Shown: positions 27,575 to 32,000 of the stretch, piece after piece
How the letters are laid out: every line of letters starts with the position of its first letter
How positions within the stretch are numbered: position 1 is the first letter of the stretch
Origin: Bermanella sp.
GTDB taxonomy: Bacteria; Pseudomonadota; Gammaproteobacteria; Pseudomonadales; Oceanobacteraceae
NCBI GenBank assembly: GCA_034111105.1
Contig: JAWUXY010000047.1
Location: 3,519-35,518, forward strand
Direction of reading: 5' to 3'
DNA: 32,000 bases
Notes under the pieces: generated by a model
Database searches by the model: none
What the model was told of the DNA's origin: nothing
The model's input: only the letters and a program-made list of their open reading frames with translations
Made by a program: the position numbers and the translations under genes

Positions 27575-29644
27575 ATGGCTCTTAGCAACAGTGCAAATCC
27601 AAAACAGGACAAGCTCAGTCGCAAAAAATTAAGCTTAATTAATGAGCTTAAAAAGCAGACGTTTTTGTTATTTGATGAAACCCAAAACCATCATGATCAC
27701 AAGGTGCGTCAACAAGCATTAAAAGGTGCCAAATCTTTTATCATGCAAGCACTGGATATCGCACCGCTGGATGGTGATAGTCTTAATCTTTTAACAAGGA
27801 TTGAGCTGGAATCCGGTCAATTCGAAAAAGCGCATCACGCTATCGAACAAGCCTTAACCGAACACCCTCAAAATGCGGGCTACTGGTACAGTGCCGGTCA
27901 CGTTGCACTCGCTTTACATGATTTTAATGAAGCCGAACAAGCATTTAAGCAAGCCATTGCACTGGCGCCGAATCAAACGCGCGCAGAAGTAAGCTTGGCT
28001 TACACCTTGGTTGAGCAGGGACGAAAAGTTGAGGCTTTTCAGTTATACAGGCAACTGGTCAAAACAAACGCCCAAGATGTACAAATTCGTAGCCGCCTAC
28101 TACACAGTGCACAGGGATTAGTAGCCGATTATTATGATCCAGAACTTGAACAAGATTTAATTAGTTATTTAAATTGGGACGATCTCAATTTGAATCAGCT
28201 CTCTCATTTATGCTGCAGCGTTTTAATTTACAAGTTCAAATTGAACAATCAAGGCAGCGCCTCTTCATTTAATGATATGGCTAACTCTATTTTATTATTG
28301 AAAACGTTACAAAATACTATTATTAAAAATGAGTTACTTGAGAAGCTAATCATTGCGCTGCGCCAAGAATTATTGGCCCATGCCAGTAAAAAAGGCCGCT
28401 TAATTAATCAGTATGTGCCGTTATGTGAAGCCTTATGCCAATATGCATTGAACAATGAATTCTTAATGCCTTACACAGAAGCTGAGCGCTCAATGGTGTT
28501 AACGCTTAAAACCATGATTGAACAATCATTAACACAACCGGGCTGCACACCCACTGATATATCTGGTGCACTCATGCTGTTTGCCATGTATGAATCTTGG
28601 TACACCATAGACAACCATAAAATTTTATTCGATTTTGATAATAGTAGCTGGCCTGCTATTAGTTTTGATATAAAAGTGGCGCATGATCGCTTACTGCATG
28701 AACAACATTTTGAATTTAACACCCTGACATCGATATCAGAAGGTAACCCTCACGAAGTTAAAACACAGTATGAGCGTTTCCCTTATCCTAGATGGCAGTT
28801 TTTAGATAATAAAAATGTCACGAACTATGGTCGAGCACTTCAGCATGAGTTTCCATGGATTAACGTGCCGACGTCTATTTTATCGCAACCATTAAATATT
28901 TTAGTGGCAGGCTGTGGTACAGGTCGTCATGCACTGAATGTTGCAAAATACTTTTACAACACCCATGTAACAGCCTTAGATATTAGCGAAACCAGTTTAA
29001 GCTATGCGTATAAAAAATCCGCTGAATTAGACATTGAAAATATTGAATTTCATTTAGCCGATTTAACCAAGCTTTCAAAACTAGACCAACCATTTGATAT
29101 TGTAGAGTGCTCAGGTGTTTTGCATCACATTCAAGATTATAAGACGGCATTAAATGGTTTACTGTGCAACCTAAAGCCAAATGGCTTTTTAAAATTATCG
29201 CTATACAGTAAACGCGCTCGTAAACCGGTTTATCAAATTCGTAAAGCCTATAAACACGGCGGCATCGAAAAAAATGAGCAAGACATTCGAATATTACGCC
29301 ATGCTATATTTGCCGATGACAAAATTGAAGATAAACATCTAATTACCGAATCTGATGATTTTTACAGCATGAGCGGCGTGGTGGATTTATTACTGCATGA
29401 ATATGAAGTAGGGTTTACACCAAAATCGATTAAAGCATTATGCGACACACATCAGTTGATGTTTTTGGGGTTCTCTAACCTGGATACGCAACTAAAAGAG
29501 TCATTTAAACAATTTATTGGCTCTGATTGTGCGCTAGACAATCTAGACCAATGGGAATTATTTGAGAAAAAACACCCAAACACATTCAGCGCTATGTTCC
29601 AATTTTACTGCCAGTACAAGCCACAATTAAAATCGATGAACTAG
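27575..29644 (+). CDS. TPR-repeat protein fused to a class I SAM-dependent methyltransferase; substrate unknown
   Basis: N-terminal TPR-like repeats (about aa 60-180, e.g. AGYWYSAGHVALALHDFNEAEQAFKQAIALAP). Methyltransferase motifs are I ILVAGCGTGRHA, post-I VTALDIS, II FDIVECSGVLHH and III LKPNGFLKLSLY (about nt 28880-29230). Confidence 0.8.
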   Translation: MALSNSANPKQDKLSRKKLSLINELKKQTFLLFDETQNHHDHKVRQQALKGAKSFIMQALDIAPLDGDSLNLLTRIELESGQFEKAHHAIEQALTEHPQNAGYWYSAGHVALALHDFNEAEQAFKQAIALAPNQTRAEVSLAYTLVEQGRKVEAFQLYRQLVKTNAQDVQIRSRLLHSAQGLVADYYDPELEQDLISYLNWDDLNLNQLSHLCCSVLIYKFKLNNQGSASSFNDMANSILLLKTLQNTIIKNELLEKLIIALRQELLAHASKKGRLINQYVPLCEALCQYALNNEFLMPYTEAERSMVLTLKTMIEQSLTQPGCTPTDISGALMLFAMYESWYTIDNHKILFDFDNSSWPAISFDIKVAHDRLLHEQHFEFNTLTSISEGNPHEVKTQYERFPYPRWQFLDNKNVTNYGRALQHEFPWINVPTSILSQPLNILVAGCGTGRHALNVAKYFYNTHVTALDISETSLSYAYKKSAELDIENIEFHLADLTKLSKLDQPFDIVECSGVLHHIQDYKTALNGLLCNLKPNGFLKLSLYSKRARKPVYQIRKAYKHGGIEKNEQDIRILRHAIFADDKIEDKHLITESDDFYSMSGVVDLLLHEYEVGFTPKSIKALCDTHQLMFLGFSNLDTQLKESFKQFIGSDCALDNLDQWELFEKKHPNTFSAMFQFYCQYKPQLKSMN

Positions 29645-29663
29645 CCGCCTAAAACAATCACCA

Positions 29664-29705
29664 TAAAAAAGCCCCGTTAATCAAAGATTAACGGGGCTAA
29701 AGTTA
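29664..29705. terminator. Bidirectional rho-independent terminator between convergent genes
   Basis: Perfect 13-bp stem AGCCCCGTTAATC-aaa-GATTAACGGGGCT (29670-29698), with an A-run upstream and a moderately T-rich tract downstream. Confidence 0.85.
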
Positions 29706-29726
29706 GACCGCTATTATTTTAATTTT

Positions 29727-32000
29727 TTACTTGGGTGACCCCATATCTAACCATTCAGCAATTAACTTACGCTCTTGTGGCGTTAGCATATTTTTATGTT
29801 GTTCCCATACATTTTGTTTAGCCGCTTCTACTTCAACTGGACGGAAAACCCAGTGCTTGTGATCGCTATCTTGTGCAAACACATCAAAGAAGTTTGCACT
29901 GCTAATGGCACCTAAAGGATTCATCAATGACTGACCGTAACAGCTAAAGCAATCGTTTTCTGGCTGCATAACAAACGGCGCTTCAACATAACGACGGCAG
30001 TGACTGTCGCTTACTTCGCTAAAGGTAGACGCTAAGTACATGTAAGTACGATTATTATCAAACAGCGCATTATAAGACGCTAAGCCTTCCGGCTGTGAAC
30101 TAAAGTCACTTAAATCTAAACTCGTAAAACCACGATTATCATGACAGTCAACACAACTGTTACCGGCTTCATTGCGTGTCACGTTATTCCACAATGGTTT
30201 GATGTGCTGCTCGTAAGAAATACTGGCGACACAATCTGTTGCAGGATTCTGCTCACATGCTGCATTAGTCGGTGTTTGTGTGGTAAGTGCATCATAGCCA
30301 AGAGAAATTGACTCGTTTGCAGTTGCACTGTCTGGTGTCCAGTAATCATTGTAAGTCATGATCGGCATTAGCTCACCGACGTAAACCGCATCAGCAAATA
30401 ATGCTTGAGCCATAGTTTGACCCAACGCCTGCGCTTCAATTTCACCTGACGTATTAGCGAACGCACCTAACTGGGTTACGCCAGCATTAATCGATGATTT
30501 GGTGCTATTAACGTTAAAGCCATTAAATTCCTGTTGCTCTTCTTCTGCCGCTTGCAACCAACCAGCGTAGCGTTGCATATAAGTGTAAGGGAATTCGCTT
30601 GCTGCCATTTGACCAGATTCGTTATTCAACGCTTTACCTTGCTTATTTACCACTTCAAAGGTGTAACGCGTATTAGCCGGGATCTGAAACATAACAGAGC
30701 CATCAGGTTGAATCGGCGCGTATCCATTAAGAACCAATTGCTCGTCAACGTTTTGAGTGTAAACACGAACAAAGCGTTCACTGCGTTGATCCATTGGCAA
30801 TGCCATTGGGTTCGCGGCTAAACCTTGTGCACTCATGTCAACACCGTTTAGATCATAAACAGAACGAATATGAACAGTGGCTACCACGGCATCTGGCTCA
30901 GCCGGTAATGGCTCTTCAATTAACGTCACATCTACGTTTACTTTTTTCGTGGCAGTAGTAATGGCGTTATTGTCGGTATCGGTATCTTGCACCTTAGCAA
31001 TTACGTTTAAGGTAAAGTCTGCAGCCAGCGCTTTATCAAGTGTAATAATCGCTTGTGATGCACTGGTATCTGATAGTGTCCATGACAAGTCTGAATTCAT
31101 CACGGCATTATTAACAATGGCACCTAAAGGTAGATTGTTTAACGTGATACTTTCAATTTTCTCTGAGCCATCTGTATCCACCAAACCAGCCGTCAAATTA
31201 ATAATAACTTGAGAGCCAGAAATAACGTCGCCATCAGTATGTGCAACCGATTGGAAATTGTTATACACCAATGAACCGCCTGACTTAAATTTAACAGTAC
31301 CAGAACCGGTGCCTTGAGCGATGTGTTGATCAATAATCTGCGATGCAATGATCAATGTGTTGTTGCCTGCGTCACCGGTAATCGAGGTGTTTTTTGCATT
31401 ACCCCAACCTAAAACACTGACACTATCATTGCCCTCACCCATCGACACACTGCCAGCATTGGCTTGCGCGCCAGTGATAATGAAATAATCATTACCTTTA
31501 GTGCCATTTGATACTTTATTGGCCTTAAGTTCACCCAATGTTTTGTTTTCACCTTTCTGAGCTTGGTTAATCAGTGCATGGGCATCTTCAAGTGACGCGT
31601 TGAGCGTTGGCTTATCAGCAGCTGCATTCACTGTGATGTTTAAAGCACCCGCGCGAGTTTTCGTTACATCACCTTTGGTAAAGGTCACCGATGTTGTCAT
31701 CGCAACATCATTACCGCTGTGCAATACAGGTGTAAATGTTAAACCGGTTAATTGGGCTGGCGTCATGACCCAAGTGCCATCACCTTGATTCTCGCCGGCA
31801 CTAAACTGAGCACCGATAGGCGCATTGCTAATTTTAACGGCACCCATGATTCCAGCATCAATCCACTCTTGGAATGGCGCAAGGTCAATATTAAGTGCAG
31901 CAATAACATCTTCATTAGTTGAAGCAGTTGCATTCACTGACGCACCTAATGTTTCAGGGTCAACTGGATCCGTCGGATCCGTCGGATCAGTCGGATCAGT
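29727..32000 (-). CDS. C-terminal 758 codons of a large secreted or surface repeat protein (adhesin-like, degenerate RTX-like GxGND motifs) ending in a Cys-containing CxxCH module; N-terminus lies outside the window
   Basis: The frame stays open to nt 32000 upstream of the track's GTG at 31937 (TDPTDPTDPTDPVDPETLGASV...). Motifs include GTKGNDYFI, GEGNDSVSV, GDAGNNTLI and DTDGSEKIESITLNNLPLGA. CVDCH is at 30141-30155. The C-terminal end reads LTPQERKLIAEWLDMG. Confidence 0.6.
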   Translation of the reverse strand, partial: TDPTDPTDPTDPVDPETLGASVNATASTNEDVIAALNIDLAPFQEWIDAGIMGAVKISNAPIGAQFSAGENQGDGTWVMTPAQLTGLTFTPVLHSGNDVAMTTSVTFTKGDVTKTRAGALNITVNAAADKPTLNASLEDAHALINQAQKGENKTLGELKANKVSNGTKGNDYFIITGAQANAGSVSMGEGNDSVSVLGWGNAKNTSITGDAGNNTLIIASQIIDQHIAQGTGSGTVKFKSGGSLVYNNFQSVAHTDGDVISGSQVIINLTAGLVDTDGSEKIESITLNNLPLGAIVNNAVMNSDLSWTLSDTSASQAIITLDKALAADFTLNVIAKVQDTDTDNNAITTATKKVNVDVTLIEEPLPAEPDAVVATVHIRSVYDLNGVDMSAQGLAANPMALPMDQRSERFVRVYTQNVDEQLVLNGYAPIQPDGSVMFQIPANTRYTFEVVNKQGKALNNESGQMAASEFPYTYMQRYAGWLQAAEEEQQEFNGFNVNSTKSSINAGVTQLGAFANTSGEIEAQALGQTMAQALFADAVYVGELMPIMTYNDYWTPDSATANESISLGYDALTTQTPTNAACEQNPATDCVASISYEQHIKPLWNNVTRNEAGNSCVDCHDNRGFTSLDLSDFSSQPEGLASYNALFDNNRTYMYLASTFSEVSDSHCRRYVEAPFVMQPENDCFSCYGQSLMNPLGAISSANFFDVFAQDSDHKHWVFRPVEVEAAKQNVWEQHKNMLTPQERKLIAEWLDMGSPK
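31966..32000 (-). repeat. 9-bp in-frame tandem repeat encoding a (Thr-Asp-Pro)n linker
   Basis: The plus strand reads ggatccgtc ggatccgtc ggatcagtc ggatcagt, 3.9 copies, truncated by the window edge. Confidence 0.9.

Noticed and set aside
27540-27580. Sigma-28-like -10 (TACGATAA on the minus strand) near the TPR gene start
   Set aside because: The only TAAA upstream is about 9-10 nt away instead of about 15. The site is about 250 nt from fliS and overlaps the opposite gene's start. I found no other convincing sigma-28 (TAAAG-N14/15-GCCGATAA) promoter in the window.
31966-32000. Repeated GGATCC (BamHI) sites at the window edge as a cloning or assembly artefact
   Set aside because: The 9-bp units are in frame with the long ORF and encode a plausible TDP linker, with synonymous or near-synonymous variation between copies. 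This fits a natural coding repeat.

Overview
This window is an all-minus-strand polar flagellar cluster from an AT-rich, probably marine gammaproteobacterium with a Vibrio/Shewanella/Pseudomonas-style FlrA(FleQ)-FlrBC(FleSR)-sigma-54 hierarchy. Reading the minus strand from high to low coordinates, the flagellar genes are fliS, flrA, flrB, flrC, fliE-F-G-H-I-J, fliK, fliL-M-N and the first codons of fliO. The fliJ-fliK junction is unusual. About 11.8 kb of same-strand genes sit there: a small STAS protein, then cheY-cheA-cheW-MCP-cheR-cheD-cheB (the order of the P. aeruginosa Che2/F7 operon), then a STAS protein, a REC-PP2C-HATPase protein and an Hpt protein (HptB/HsbR/HsbA-type partner-switching cassette). 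The receptor is a roughly 1150-aa membrane-anchored MCP. It has one ordinary PAS domain, four tandem Aer2-type (heme-pocket motif) PAS domains of which two are near-identical, and a C-terminal DWQEF tether pentapeptide. By eye I find good -24/-12 sigma-54 promoters in front of flrB, fliK, fliL and a divergent plus-strand TPR + SAM-methyltransferase gene next to fliS, plus weaker candidates before fliE. The right end carries the C-terminal 758 codons of a large adhesin-like repeat protein ending in a Cys-rich CxxCH module. I see no tRNA, rRNA, CRISPR array, transposase or integrase. All domain calls come from reading motifs in the supplied translations; no database search was possible.
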